This document shows, piece by piece, positions 1-13,233 of a DNA stretch of 64,000 bases. The notes below the pieces were generated by a model. That model was given only the letters and a program-made list of their open reading frames with translations, did no database searches and was not told the DNA's origin. The stretch comes from Phoronis australis (taxonomy: Eukaryota > Animalia > Phoronida). A program made the translations under genes and the position numbers. The DNA lies in the NCBI GenBank assembly GCA_002633005.1, contig NMRA01000097.1, positions 956,824 through 1,020,823 of the forward strand. Direction: 5' to 3'. How positions within the stretch are numbered: position 1 is the first letter of the stretch; every line of letters begins with the position of its first letter.

Positions 1-90
1 CTACGAACGAAACTTACAACATTCAGTATCAGCTTGCCACATGCAATTAGCTTTAAGATTAAAAAAAATGATTGATTGCACACATTTCAG

Positions 91-339
91 TCCTCACATC
101 ACCTGGAGAGACCTTCAGCATCTTGTCACCTTCACCTCCCAGCCCGAACCCTTCACACAGCAGAGCACCGTCGGTTGGAAAACAAACGGAGCTGGCTTCA
201 AAGTCAACAGCGCCTTCGGATTTGGCCTTCTTGACGCTGGTTCTCTCGTTGAAAATGCGCTCAAGTGGAAGCGAGTCCCAGAAAAGGTCAACTGCACCGT
301 ACCATCGGCGCGCACTGACGAAGAATCACTGTTTCCGCT
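91..339 (+). CDS. PCSK1: Prohormone convertase 1/3-like, exon A (end of subtilase domain); gene begins upstream of the window
   Basis: ttcag| acceptor and |gtaagc donor. Reads PHITWRDLQHLVTFTS..GWKTNGAGFKVNSAFGFGLLDA..WKRVPEK, matching the PC1/3 pattern PNLTWRDMQHLV..GWKKNGAG..VNSRFGFGLL..WRSVPEK. Ends in phase 2. Confidence 0.93.
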
Positions 340-822
340 GTAAGCAATGACACAAGAAATATTTACAAATTCCAAGTGTTTAAACTATCCATTTTGAATC
401 ATTTATAGTTTATAATTTTTCCGCGGGACTCTACACACTCTTAGACTACAGTAAAATGTATCTGATAAGGAGTTCATCAACATAACTTTCCCGAGTTTTG
501 CACCGCGGATTTAGTTGGCCACTTCGGACGGAAAGGTACATGTACACACTTGACGGAGATATTTACGTACGCTTATAACGTACGTACGAGATTACATGCT
601 TGCTTGTTTCTTTACTCACTAGTTACTCTCACTCCGTTCACGAGTGGCGGGAACGACAGCGGTTTTTCAGTGGCTAAACGTTGACATGTTAGCCAAGACG
701 TACTGTCTGCGTTGGGGGTAATTTTCGCATGCACTTAGTTCGTTTCTTCACCTCCCCCCCCCCCTTCTACTCATTCCTTCAGTCCAGGCTTACTTACTCA
801 TTCGCTCCCTCCTTCGTGTCCT

Positions 823-845
823 NNNNNNNNNNNNNNNNNNNNNNN
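823..845. other. Assembly gap (23 N) in a pyrimidine-rich low-complexity tract
   Basis: Run of n flanked by C/T-rich sequence. Confidence 0.99.
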
Positions 846-1461
846 CCCCCCCCCTTCCCCTGCCCTTCCTTCTCCACCCCTTCCTATCCTTCACCTCACA
901 TACTTATTTACTTATTATTTATTTATTTATTGCATATCAACTTATTAGACAGTTACTTACAGTTTCTAATACATTACTTACTCGTCCATTTACATATTCT
1001 CTGACTTAAATTCTTTCTTACAGTGCTACATTATAATACTTTGAGTTTGAAAATGACGGTATGCTATTTAAACCTCGAATGGTTAACGAGACCTTTTGGC
1101 GTCTTGGCTTGGTTTCATAACACGATCATATAGGCAACATTAGTGTCGCCATCGTTTTCAAATTTTATCTTAGGCTTATTCGGGAAACTACTTGGATGTT
1201 TATTAGCAATTTGTTAGAGAAACATGCAGTGCCGTCTTTGAAAACCTTTTTTATGTTTTGGTTCATGTTATGACATGGAAATCATTGTTTTGTTTTAATA
1301 GGGCGAGTTAGAGAGTTTACCAAATGACTTTCATTGATAGCTTCAACTAGGAGATTCGCCTCCGCCAACTTGGTTCACTCCAGTTTGAAGATTGAGACCT
1401 CAATTTGACCTCATTGGCATTGCTCAAGTCATCTGCTCACTTTTTTCTTTGTTAATTACAG

Positions 1462-1613
1462 CACTTTTGAGGAAATGGAGGTAATAAACATCAAAACCTC
1501 CGGTTGCAAGAACAAATTCAATGAAATTAACTTCCTCGAGCATGTACAAGTGCGGGTGACCATTGAATGCAAAAGGAGGGGTGATGTAGCCGTGGATCTG
1601 ATATCTCCGTCAG
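1462..1613 (+). CDS. PCSK1: PC1/3-like exon B (P domain, not in ORF track)
   Basis: ttacag| acceptor (phase 2) and |gtagcg donor. TFEEMEVINIKTSGCKNKFNEINFLEHVQVRVTIECKRRGDVAVDLISPS contains the P-domain LEHVQ and RRGD motifs. Confidence 0.93.
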
Positions 1614-2122
1614 GTAGCGGTTCAATTTTTATTTACTTTAATTTAATTTCATGAATATTGTAAGACGCAATTTTGAATTTTCTAACTTGAATGCCAACCA
1701 CTCTTAGTCATGTTAGAAAACTGTAGACGGGTTATTTCATTATTCGGTTGAAATGGTGAACTTCGTTTTTCTTCCAAAAGCGCACTTCAAAGAAATCAAA
1801 ACTTGCAAGTTTTTATGTGTTTCTACCAGTCATTGTTTGGTCGTTCGTAGTACCTCTCGCCCGTTTGATTTTAATTGTCGATGCATGTCATTACGTTTTC
1901 AAAATTACATCTAAAAGCATTGCCAATATTTATTTTGTCTTAGTCACTGAAAAATTATGTGCAGGCGTTATTTAGTCAGCCGAAAGACTGGACACTGCTG
2001 GACACGTAATGACAAATGCGATGACTCCCTAATTACGCCTTCAAATAGACCCAGTTCCCCAGTAACTCCGCTAGTGTACTTTGGTCGTCAAGTGGAAATC
2101 ACGCCCTCTTTTGTTCATCCAG

Positions 2123-2289
2123 GCACCACAACCACACTTCTCAATGCTCGGTCAAACGACAAGTCAACAGCAGGGTTCAACAAGTGGGTATTTATGTCGG
2201 TGCATACTTGGGGTGAAAATCCCCGCGGACTAGACGGCAAAGAGCTTGGAAAGTGGCAGGTTATCATCAAGAACCAGAGCAGAAACAAG
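2123..2289 (+). CDS. PCSK1: PC1/3-like exon C (P domain)
   Basis: atccag| acceptor and |gtatgt donor. GTTTTLLNARSNDKSTAGFNKWVFMSVHTWGENP carries the convertase FMSVHTWGENP signature. Confidence 0.93.
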
Positions 2290-2378
2290 GTATGTTTAGT
2301 GCCTGTACCATTTGACTTTAAATCTGCGTGCGTTGTATCTGCTGTTTGAAGACAGAGGAAGAAAACCAACTCTTGCTG

Positions 2379-3024
2379 TCCTTACCACGCACCGCAAAAA
2401 GTTACCACGGACAAAAACCCTTACAACGGAACCTGAACTCTGAACCACACTTAGATACTCTGACCACAGACAATTTTATAGCACGTGACAAAAAATTTTT
2501 ACTAGACTAGTCCACACGTTGGTCACTTGCATCAAAAAGGAAAGTGCAGGAGTTCAGCGCTCGGTTGCACGAGACAGATCCAAATAGGGACTCAGCTAAG
2601 TTTTCTAAATCTACTGCGTATTTGTGAGCTCCTTGAAACACTTTCTTATGCTGTTTTAGTTTAATCACTGAATAAACTTTTTGGCTTTGATGCACAATCA
2701 AGAGTGAACTCCACGTTGAATTATCAGAAAATTATTGGGGAGGGTCTTTTCATGCAAGGCCCCTAATTTAAGGACTTATATTCTCAAGTATTTTGATTGA
2801 ATTAAGGGTTCAGTTTTCAGTCATATTATTAAAAATAGCATTAGTCAATGGGGAGCTCGTTATAAAGATAAAAGAATAGAAAATTCACCTGTGAGTAAAG
2901 AACGACACAAATGCGCAAAAAAATTAGGGAACTTAATTTGGTCTGTTTCATGGAACCGGACACAGACTTCTTGGTAAGTAAGGCTTTTGTGCGTGGTAAG
3001 AGATTTTCCGCCTAGTGGTAAGGG
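2379..3024. mobile_element. Non-autonomous TIR element, piggyBac-like end; second copy of its interior at about 12170-12480
   Basis: Imperfect TIRs (ccttaccacgc..gttaccacggacaaaaacccttac versus gtaaggcttttgtgcgtggtaag..gtggtaaggg). Right end is aggg|ttaa. Interior 2550-2925 aligns by eye with 12170-12480. Confidence 0.6.
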
Positions 3025-3867
3025 TTAACATCAGTGATAAGGGTTAGTTTCCACCCGCTGGTAGACATAACAGTCCTTTGGTAGGAGAATGTTGAATATT
3101 TTCACTGGGACGTACATGTACAGACATAACTAGCTGGGATATTCATCTATTGGGAAAGAGGACATCTAAGAGGGGCATATTTGTCAGGAGCACCCACGAA
3201 ATATTCACCCTTCCTCACAACTGACCTATCGCCAGGATTTTGAGTGACGGCTTAACTGACCAATCAGAACGCAGCATTCTTGACACACCTTCGTTTCCAT
3301 GCCGACATTTTACCCGACAAACAACACGTTGCCGTGTAAAACGTATTGTTTGTTTGTCGACTTTTCACAAGGGTCGAAGTTTGTGATAGATAAATTTTGC
3401 TCCAGCAACACCACCCCGTTGTTTTTATAACGTCCAAAGTGATCTCTTTCATGAACTTAAGAATAAATCGAAAATGTTTCCTTCATAGGACATTCCTTAG
3501 GAAAAGTAGTCGTAAGCTATTTGAATGTGAAATTGCCACGCATTTGAGCATCACGTATAGTACGCACCTTCTATGGGATTACCCTCGGTCCCTTACATCT
3601 TGAATGAATATAAATTTTAGAGGCTTCAACAATTCAAGTCAAAGTATCAAAATTTATAAAATCAATCCTATAGGCCTTCCTTAATGATGACGTAGCAACG
3701 CCGCATCGGGACGGCATGTGTAGCACGCGAATGTACTTGTACGAATGTAGCGTTGGTATTATGGAAAATCACATTTAACACGCAGTGTCTAAGTGTCTAG
3801 CTAACGTAGTCATAGAGTCTCTAGTACGCATGTAACATCATTTTACTTCAACTACTGAACTTTTTAG

Positions 3868-4002
3868 TGGGAAAAGATCACCGTAAAGTCAGTTGAACTG
3901 ATTCTGCATGGCACTAAAGACCAACCAGCCCATCTAGCAGCCGTTGGTGGCAAAAGAATTTATAACGAAGATTATAACTCCGTCAAAAATGACCGGGCAT
4001 TG
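3868..4002 (+). CDS. PCSK1: PC1/3-like exon D (end of P domain, not in ORF track)
   Basis: tttttag| acceptor and |gtaagt donor, 135 nt, phase 0. WEKITVKSVELILHGTKDQPAHL..RIYNEDYNSVKNDRAL parallels PC1/3 LILHGTSSQPEHM..RVY..YNTVQNDRR, which separates PC1/3 from furin and PC2. Confidence 0.9.
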
Positions 4003-5029
4003 GTAAGTATAATTTCACGATCAATATATATAGATTTGCCAGCCAAGGTGAGAGATGTCGAAGTTGAGGCAGATAATTTAAGATGCCTTGGCAGAGATAT
4101 TGTATTAGAATAGAAATTACCTGAGCTTTTGACGTAAGTCATAGGACAAATGTGACCTTCGGTTTTTCGAACGGGTTATGCAGTTTTGCAAAATATACTG
4201 CTCGTACGCATGCTTGTATTTCATTTTATGCTCTCACTTATATATGTGAGTGCATATTGCCGTCATCTCTTTCTGGGCTAGGCGAGGTGCTTTACCCCAA
4301 CCAAGCAGCAAGTCAAACCTTTTCGAGTTAACTCAAAGCGTGTAAATCTTTGTTAGGAAGAACTGTACCTGTAATAAAGCCGCCCTTTGTCCAAGAGATA
4401 AGAAAGCGCGTGACCTCATTTTGGAAATCAGGCACATTTTCATGTCTCTCGTTGATGTCGAGAAGGCGAAGCATTTCACATCACGCATCCATGGATATTT
4501 GTCCGATTTATCAAACTTTCTCATGTCGGAGTTGAACCCACAGCACAGCAGCAATACCTTATTAGCATTTGAAGGACGAATAGAGTAATTCAACCATCTT
4601 GTAAAGAATTAAACAACAGCAAATGACATGTGAAACTCCAATGCCCGGAAAACGAGGCAGCAAACGTGTTTGGCGGATGTTTACGGAATTGTGGGTAAAC
4701 ACAGCGAGTGTCGCTGTGTAATCCGGTACGGCCGTGTTATTTCCTTCAGCTTAGGGTTTTTGCATTTGAAACACAAAGGTAATGGTAAGGGCGCTACCTA
4801 CAGGTGATCGGGGGTGAGTGAGGTTGAAGTATGCAAATCAGGTCTACTACACCATGATGTAATTCTGCGCATGTTCCAAGGTAATATGTTTTAGTATGAT
4901 TTGCATTAGGCCACAGGAAATTGTGATGTAAACGTCGTCAAGTGCATGAAATAAAATGTCTGTGGCCGTAAAGGTTTAATCAAATTTACCATCCTGTTCA
5001 TGGCGAGAATTTTACTTCTTTGTTTGCAG

Positions 5030-5101
5030 GCGAGGAAAAAAGCTTTGGACAAGGAGGCCATGGAGAAGAAAGTCGAGGAACTATTTTCTGGTTTTCTGTA
5101 A
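5030..5101 (+). CDS. PCSK1: PC1/3-like terminal coding exon
   Basis: Strong acceptor tttacttctttgtttgcag|, phase 0, reading ARKKALDKEAMEKKVEELFSGFL*. AT-rich 3' UTR follows, with AATAAA near 5129 and 6262. Confidence 0.75.
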   Translation, partial: ARKKALDKEAMEKKVEELFSGFL

Positions 5102-7796
5102 AGACGCAGTCTCTTCAAATCTAAGAAAAATAAATAACAACCTGCTATGGGTTCCGTTGTCATCACATGATGTGAATTGTTTGGTGCTCTATAATCTATT
5201 TTTGTAATAATGCAAAGTGAGCAAGAGGCCTACCGTTTACATTTCATTTTGCACTTATTTTTGTTTGGTTATAACGTCATTCGTGCTGTCCATGCCCACC
5301 TGTTTGCGGAGCAAAAATTTTAAAAGTCAGTGCAAATTTTGAACCAATACAGAGCGTGCTTCCTCATGAAATGTACATACCATTCCGAGTTTGCGTGACT
5401 TAAGAAGCAAAATGTTTTTGACACGTACAATTGTTGCATGGATGTAGAGGGTTTTTGCATATAACGCCGTAATTAAAATATTTCACTTACAATTAAATGG
5501 TGCTAAGTTAGTCTTATTTTCTGAATTATTAGTTGTCTATTTAAAATGAGTTTTGTGTGCTTATGACCTGTTATTATAAATTATCCACGTCATAGTGGCG
5601 TGTGTGATGTACTTCGGGCCGGGTTATGCAATACTCAACTGTAACTCAATTGAGCGACAAAAGGGGGCGAACTGATCGCCCTTGATAGTCGTTGAGTCTA
5701 GGATCGAAGCATCGTGGCAAATTCCCCGCCATGGGAACTGTCGTAGCTCCGGGTGGGAGGCGCAAGGTTGCAAGTCACGCTGTTGATTGCGGGAGATGGA
5801 ATTGAAATTGTTGATTACTGTTTCGTTTCGTGAACGAAATTCACCCCTGGTGTCGATCTGGGGAATCGGCAGTTCTAAATGGTGGCCAACTGGTAAACAA
5901 AACAAATGGGATAGGGGTGTCACCATTATGTTCCAGCCTGTGTTACTAGAATGCCAAGCCCCCTCTCACGAATGCTTCTGGCTACTCCAGTCTTCTATTT
6001 ATGTCAGATTTTCGGTTGCGTCTACGTAAGCCACAAACTGGGAGGTAGACATTTTTGTTGACCAAATAGGTGCATTGATAAGCTTGGTATCGGGATATAT
6101 TCTGCTATTGTAACGTTAATTTCTTATCTTTTGAGTTTTTGTGAGTTTGCCATCGGCTCTCAGGTGCAAGGTTAGTCAATGTTTTCTGTGATATCTACAA
6201 TGGGCGTGTAATGATATTGGTAAAGATCCAACAATTTCCATTCCATTCATTATTTTTGCGAAATAAACACACTGAGAGAAGTACGACTTTGTGATTTCTT
6301 CGGTCCTTTAACAGTAACCATGTTGACATTTGGATCCTAACACATTTACAGAGTGCTATTGATTACAGCAATCCAGAGAATAATGTTTGTCAAAGAATTT
6401 CATTATACAATCTAAATCGTCACTGTAGTGATTGTGCAGCTCCATCTCATAAACTATCACGTGCACAGTGCCATGTTAAATTTCCGATAGAGCTCGCCCT
6501 GGCACTGTCTACGAGGCATGTCCAATAAGGACACCAATGCATGTTGCAACACGAGTTAGGCACTGAAGAACGCTGTTCTTCACATACGAACACTACATGT
6601 ACATGTAAACTCAATTCATTAACTCACGAGCTCGTCACAAGCGGATTCACAAGCGTTTTTTACGCGTTCAAAAAGCATAGCTCACGAACGCGACAGCCTA
6701 AGGATCACAAATGAAGTTCTGGCACCTACAAACATGACCCAAGGACTCTTCGAAGCTCACCCAGGGTGGTGTGAACGAGTACTTTCGACGTAATCGAGAA
6801 ATAATTTGGCTCAGTAAGATTTTGTTTATTAAGTATACCAGACCCGGATTTGGTCCATTAACAGGTGTAAATTGCCACTTGTTAATCGAATTCTTTAAAT
6901 TACAAGTAATGTTCTATTAACGTTATCTATATACCAAAGTTTGAAGCAAACTTTAAAATTCTTTTCAAAGTCTTGTAAACGAACAAGCGTGACTGACGCT
7001 TTAGACGAGTTCTAACCCTTAGAAAGACCCCTTAAAAACAGAAAATCCAGCTTATGGTACAGTGCCTTGATTGAACAATGGTGCTAGAGAAGCATTAGCA
7101 GGTGACATAACACGCCTTTAGTAAAAAACAGAAAAATGACATTTTAAAAATTGCAATAATTATTTTACGTACATCTTTTTAATAGGAAAGCAAAAAGTGA
7201 TAGAAAATTACAGCAAAATATCATGAGATGGAATTTAAACTAATCTAAAACCTCTTTGTCGTCAGATTGCACGGCGAAAGCTTGCAATAGTTTTTTATGT
7301 TTGTCAATGGATGTGTGGCCGTGAGCCGTGCTTCTTGGGTGCATAAACCATGTTTTAATTGATGAGCTAACGACAAATTACGGTACTCTGCAGACACGAC
7401 ATCTACACACGGGATTAGGCTTTGGGAACCTGGTAAGTGTGTTATTGACGGGGACAGAAAAATGGGATTGAGGGGCACGGGTAAAAAATGTTTAAGACAG
7501 GAATGGTCGTTCTGGATTTGTAAGTAGCGTTACTAAGCGGCAACTTCCTGTAATTTGGGACTGCGAATTTTTGGTGGATACCTCCATGAACAAGGGATGT
7601 TTCTATGTCGTTCAGGTAAGTCTCGTAGGGTTAATGATTGTAAAACATTGCAAATTTCTTCGAAAACTTTAGATTACCGAAGCCGATACTCGAGAGCCAC
7701 CATGTTTTAGGATTAGATGAATTTCAAGTAGAACTGGGTCGCTGCAGCTACGTACGCACACGCGCACGCACGCACACTCACACACACAAATGCACA

Positions 7797-8587
7797 CCAC
7801 ATTTATTCCAGAAATGGCTAACCAGTCATTCCAAATATCTGCCCCATCAATACGGCGAATTGATTTCATCAGCTACACTGGTGTCGTTTTTTCAAATACA
7901 TTGTGATGCGGTTGTCTGCTCGCAAATATCCACTGACATCAAGCCTGTGATCCATAGACGTAAGAACCCGCCAAGGAAGCTTCTGTTATCCCGTGCTTCT
8001 CTTGTAATACATGGCGATATCTCGTGTTGAGTGATCTTGCGTTTACGAGAGGTTCTCACGTCTACGGAACGCACGCCAGGTCTAAAGCGACAGTTCTGTC
8101 CTCTGTTTCATCCCCACTGGGTGGGCCAGGCTTGATTGCAATTATTTGGACTAGCTGGGATGTGATTATCGTGAATGATATTCAGTAGTTCTTTGAAGTT
8201 GTTGTGAGTAAAATAGTTCGCTCATCCTTCTTATGGTTAATCTGGATCTTTAACTCTCGTCATTTGGAGGTACTTTCTTGTTCATGCCAAAGTTTTTGCT
8301 GCGAATACATGACGTACTCTTCAGACAAATGAAAACTGGGGAAAATCTGGTTGGTAAAGACATACTTTGGCCTAAATTTCTGGAGTCTAGAGGTCAAATG
8401 CGTTTGTACTGTTGCCGTCGCTCTGGGACGAGGTGGGGAGTCATCAGTTTATTTGTGATGTCACCTGGCGACTGTCAGCCAACAACCGTACCACAGTGTA
8501 TTTGAAAAACGACAGCAGCGCGATTAATACCCCGAATTGACGTGGCACTAGTTTGGAATGGCTGGACAGCTTTTTCAAGAGTGATGG
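7797..8587. mobile_element. Degenerate long-TIR DNA transposon relic; related fragment at about 52485-52585
   Basis: Reverse complement of 7800-7930 (acaaccgcatcacaatgtatttgaaaaaacgacaccag..tttggaatgactgg) matches 8460-8587 (acaaccgtaccacagtgtatttgaaaaacgacagcag..tttggaatggctgg). The motif tctcttgtaat(a/g)catggcgatatct..tctacggaacgca recurs at about 52490. Confidence 0.6.
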
Positions 8588-8979
8588 ATTTTGACATTTT
8601 GTTTTACTCTATGATGCGCTAGTTTGTGAGTGAAATCGGTTTTGTATCGTCGTATGCAAACAAATGACTATGAAACAAATACACTTTCATGAATATTTCA
8701 ATTCCATTCTCTTTAAGAGTATATAGTGTGAATTAACGAAAATATGCACGTGGGTGTCACCCCCAATACCAAACCTATTGCCATATGTATATGGTGTTGT
8801 TTGAGACAAAACTCAGTTTCAGGCCATTTTAAACCACGAGTTTTATCATTTTTGTTTGATCACGATGAAGAGTTATCTTCAACTAACCATCGCTGTATTG
8901 AACAGATCAGCAAATGTAGGTTTATAAATCAAAATGGCATGACCTCGTGTATTTGTTTTCGCAAAAGAAGGAAAATTAA

Positions 8980-9500
8980 TATTGCAAAGAAGAAAGGCTA
9001 TTACAGCTAAGGACGAGGAGTTGAATGTCGCAAGAACGACAATGGGTTATCAGACAGAACGCGGAGGCGAATATTTCAAAAAAGAAATTGTAAAGATTAA
9101 AAACATTGAACATATCAGAGTCGACTATTGCAAAAAAATAATCGACTATGGCAAAGAAAGAGAATCGGGTTCAAAAAAGTACGCGGACAAATTATTGCAA
9201 GACGAAGAAGACGATTTCAATACAAACGGTTGTTGATTACATTTGCGAAAAGGAAGTCGACTCTTGTAAACTAAGGAAACTGGTTCCAAAAAGAACGGTT
9301 CTGACTGCAAAAAGCAAATCACAAAGAAGTGTTACATCTAAGACCAAGGCTCTGATTATAGCCAAAACGGGAAGACGATTACTGCAACGAACATGTTGCT
9401 GATTATTGCAAACTGAAGAGGAGTGTTGCAAAGAACGGGAGGACAATTATGCTTACTGAATATTGCACAGGACAAGAGGTTGACTACTGGACAACGAGAG
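8980..9500 (+). repeat. Degenerate ~21-bp tandem repeat (approximate consensus gaagtcgactattgcaaagaa)
   Basis: Units such as gagtcgactattgcaaaaaaa, taatcgactatggcaaagaaa, gaagtcgactcttgtaaacta and gaggttgactactggacaacg. Confidence 0.55.
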
Positions 9501-12500
9501 GAGCGCTCAACAAATTATGCTCATTTCTAGAAAAGAAAGATCTTGGAAGATGTCACAAAATCACGCTTGTGAAACGGGGGCCTTTCGCGAGTATGTTCGA
9601 GAGCTTAATCCATGCTAGCAAAATGTCAGCCAATGAAGTGATTGGTCGGTGAGGTTGGAGTGCTGAATTCTGGGATTGAATTCACTGTTCCCATTCCATA
9701 AATAACGATTTTCCCTTGTAAGTAAAACCTAAAGTCTTGCACTCAACGGAATCCTGCTCTGGAATCATTCTTGCAATACACCAGGATGCGATTGTGCAAA
9801 TAGTGAAAAGACAGTAAAGCAAACCGTTCACAAAGTCTGCTAATTCCAAAAACGTTAATTCTGAGACCTGCTCTCTCCAACTATAAAACAAAACCGTCTG
9901 TATCAATTTCAGTAAAGATTTCGTGCTTTTCTTTTTATTTTTTTGTGGAAAAGTTCCGAAAGACCCGTAAGAATGGTTTCAAACGCATAATCTGCCGAGC
10001 GATGATTAAAAAAAAACAAAATTACGCATCATTTTGGCTCCTCTCAGGTAGATTTTCTGCTTTGAAAACCTGAGCAACTAAAAAATATTGCATCACCGAC
10101 TCGACTTTCTAAAAACACAAACCAGAATAGGCCTAACACTAAAGTCATTAGACTTTGTAATTGATCATACCAGCAGATATTTATACATAGTGTAGGTCGC
10201 GAACCGCAAACCTGGATTATCCATTTTTTCTCTCGTTAAGAACGAGATTATTTAACATAGATGAAAAAATACAACGTAAGCAGATATAATCTCAACCATC
10301 AGTCCCACAATCGTGTCAATTAGTGTGTGATTCCTCCATCTTTGTGTGCAAACTTTGTCATGATCATAATATTGCCCTAAATGCGACTATTTATCTCGAC
10401 GTCCTAGTTGAAGTGACGTTAAGGCTATCTCCAGGGAGCTATATAAACGGCTGTTAGTCCATGTGCTAATGGTGGTTGTGCCGATGAACAATTGCACCTC
10501 TGAGAAATCGTGAAATTTAATATGGCAGCAATGCGTTGAAAACTTAGAATGCCGTTCTAAACCTGTTGCAGCATGGAGCGGAAGTGTCGTCTGGGTCTGC
10601 CATTTTCCGCCATATTGTTTCTTACTGTTTCATAGCCTATAAATTAGTAGATTTCTTATATAATACAATGCTATACAGTTTACTCTTCGGTACTTCTTAA
10701 TGATCAAGCGCTCCTTTACGTGTTTATCTTGGAATACTTCATTAATGGAGGGACAAAGACTTGTTTTTTCTAGAGATAACAAATAATGGGCATCGGGAAG
10801 GGCTTCAACAGTGGCTGCAATTTATCGTCTAAGCTTGTTCCACCGGGTCAACATACTAAGACATCGGATTGGTTTTCATGGTCCTCATGAAGAACCAATC
10901 AGATGTCTTATCCGGTGGAACAGCCGAAGAAAATCAAGGTAACCATGAATGTTGTGCGCCCGAGGGAAATACCCAATTCCCAAACTATTAAAATGCATAA
11001 CGGGAGTGTAATTTAAATATGCGACACATCGACAGAATGACAGTGTATTTTTCAAACGCATATGCAAAATGTAACTTTCATACAATTTTGTAAATAGGTA
11101 AAAGCAAATCGGCACCATGGCTGTATTCGGGTCAACCGGCTAAGATATCTCGATGAGGACTGACGGGCTTTTACGCCAATCAAATGCGTTAGCCGATTGG
11201 GCTCGGTGGAACCGGCGAATTTAATCAACTGCAGACTATGTATTGAAAGAATTCGATGAAATCACAGTAAAATGTTTCCTAAAAGCCCATTGGTTGAGTA
11301 TTCGTTGACGTAAAAATCTTTCATGTCGCTTCAATGTTTTTTGCTACAAATGGTGATACCTTCAACCTGTGCAAGAAAATCTGGCATGTGTCCCATGAGA
11401 AGTGACTTATAACTTGAGACAGATATTTGGTCTTGTGTTTCCACTTCACAATTCGTGAATAAAGGTTTAACTAAGTAACTGTGCTAAAATCCATCTCTAG
11501 ACATAATTTATTAAAAATTATCTTAAGGTCACTGTCTACCTTCGTTACTTAAGATTTGATTTTTTAAATAACTTTTGAACTCCTAATAGTAGACCCGTAA
11601 AACTATATATTTTTAAAATCATTGAGTATGACAGAATGTTATTGTGTGCATGAAAACAATGTAATATTATAGACCGGGCGCACGCGCTGCTATAGCTGAC
11701 AACTTGACGTCATATCAAGGACCGTAGCGAAGTGGGTGCTTCTGTAGTGCGTATTACCTTGGAAACCCCGTTACACTCACTCACGATGTCGTTTGCTTAG
11801 ATTTTTGTTTTGACACGGATCTTAAAACATGAAGTCAGGAAGTAACGTGTCCTTATGTTATTTACTTCGAAGTTGGCCATTTTTACCTGCTGATGTAGAC
11901 TGAATATGCCTTTATTAAATGCTGATAGATGATTTAATAAAATGTGCATGGTTTACGAGAGCTCAAAAACATCGTAAAAAACTACCTTAAATGGATTGTG
12001 TATTCAGTAGCTGTTTTATGGGGGCATACAAGGCAGGTTTACTGGACTGCAAGCAGGAATTACATCTCTTTCTTGTTTTCAGCCCCCTACCTCTGTTGCC
12101 CTCAGTTTCATTCACCACAATCCACCCCAATTCGCTATCCATTTCATATCGCATAAGGCACGGATGCTGGGGGTTCAGCGTCCGGTTGCATGAAACAGTC
12201 CCAAAGAAGGACTTCATTATGTTCCCTAAATCCACTGGGTAATTGTGAGTTTTCTACGTTGAATTCTCAATATTATTGAAAATAAGTAGGGATCTTTTCA
12301 TACAACGCCCTAATTTAAAGACAAAATCCCTAAATATTTTGACTGAATTAAGGGCTCAGTTTTTAGTTATATTATTGGAAAACGTCATATGTCACAAGAA
12401 GAGCTCGTAATAAAGATAAAATGATAGAAAAATATAACAACTGTGAGTACAGAACGAAACAAATACACAAAAAATTTAAACAACTCAGTTGAGCACAAGC

Positions 12501-13233
12501 GGGGGCGGTCAAAGGGGTTTGGGCCCCAATATTCCCTTGATATCAAATTGATATCAGATCCAGAATTTTCAAATTGTTGACTTGGACCACCCTTCTTAAA
12601 AAAAATTATCCGACCCCTCCCCCCCTTTTAAAAATCCTGGATATGGCCCTGTTTAGTCGTTATTTGGGACTGGGCATAGACCCCCCCTGCTTGAATGTAG
12701 AATGTCGTAAGGTGTGAATTTCTGAAACGGCGTAAGAGGGAACTGAGTTTTTACACATTGGCGTAGGAAACATTTGATTGCTGCGGGTAGGAGAATCTGT
12801 TAATTTTTTATTTTAAAACAAAGTTTGTGTGTTGAAAGTTTTAATAATAAATTGTTAATTAATTGACTTTGACCCCTGGAACATTGGGGGCCTCCAACGT
12901 TTTGGTTGAGCAGTTTTTCGAGATTTACTCTATATTTTGATTATGTGTATTTTTCCATTACTCTGCTCACATTTTTTGTTCTTAATATTTTAAACAAAAG
13001 CACTTCTCAATTTTGAATTTGACATGTAAAATCGGCCATGGTAGTCGACTCTTCTTCGGCGCGCACACACCCGCTAGGTGTCGCCACGGTCCATGACACA
13101 ATAATGGCGGCGGCCAAAGTGAATATAATCTTGTTAACGTCTTTGGCCATAATGATTGGAAAGTATTTCTAGTCACGTGACACGGATACTCGCCGTGAAA
13201 ACAAATGGGGCAAAGTGCCCTTTTTAACGTGCG

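Noticed and set aside
729-1004. ORF spanning the N gap
   Set aside because: Low-complexity intronic sequence read through unknown bases.
4357-4378. Possible alternative last exon of PC1/3 (EELYL*, overlapping AATAAA)
   Set aside because: Weak acceptor and only five codons; indistinguishable from chance without transcripts.
7892-8074. Shared peptide ISPCITRE in ORFs 7892-8074 and 52420-52656, reminiscent of a methyltransferase segment
   Set aside because: Explained by a shared non-coding repeat; the frames diverge on both sides and no catalytic motifs are present.
10575-10620. Promoter-like motifs (gcggaagtg, ccatttt, cgccat)
   Set aside because: No linked exon found, and the region lies among transposon remnants.
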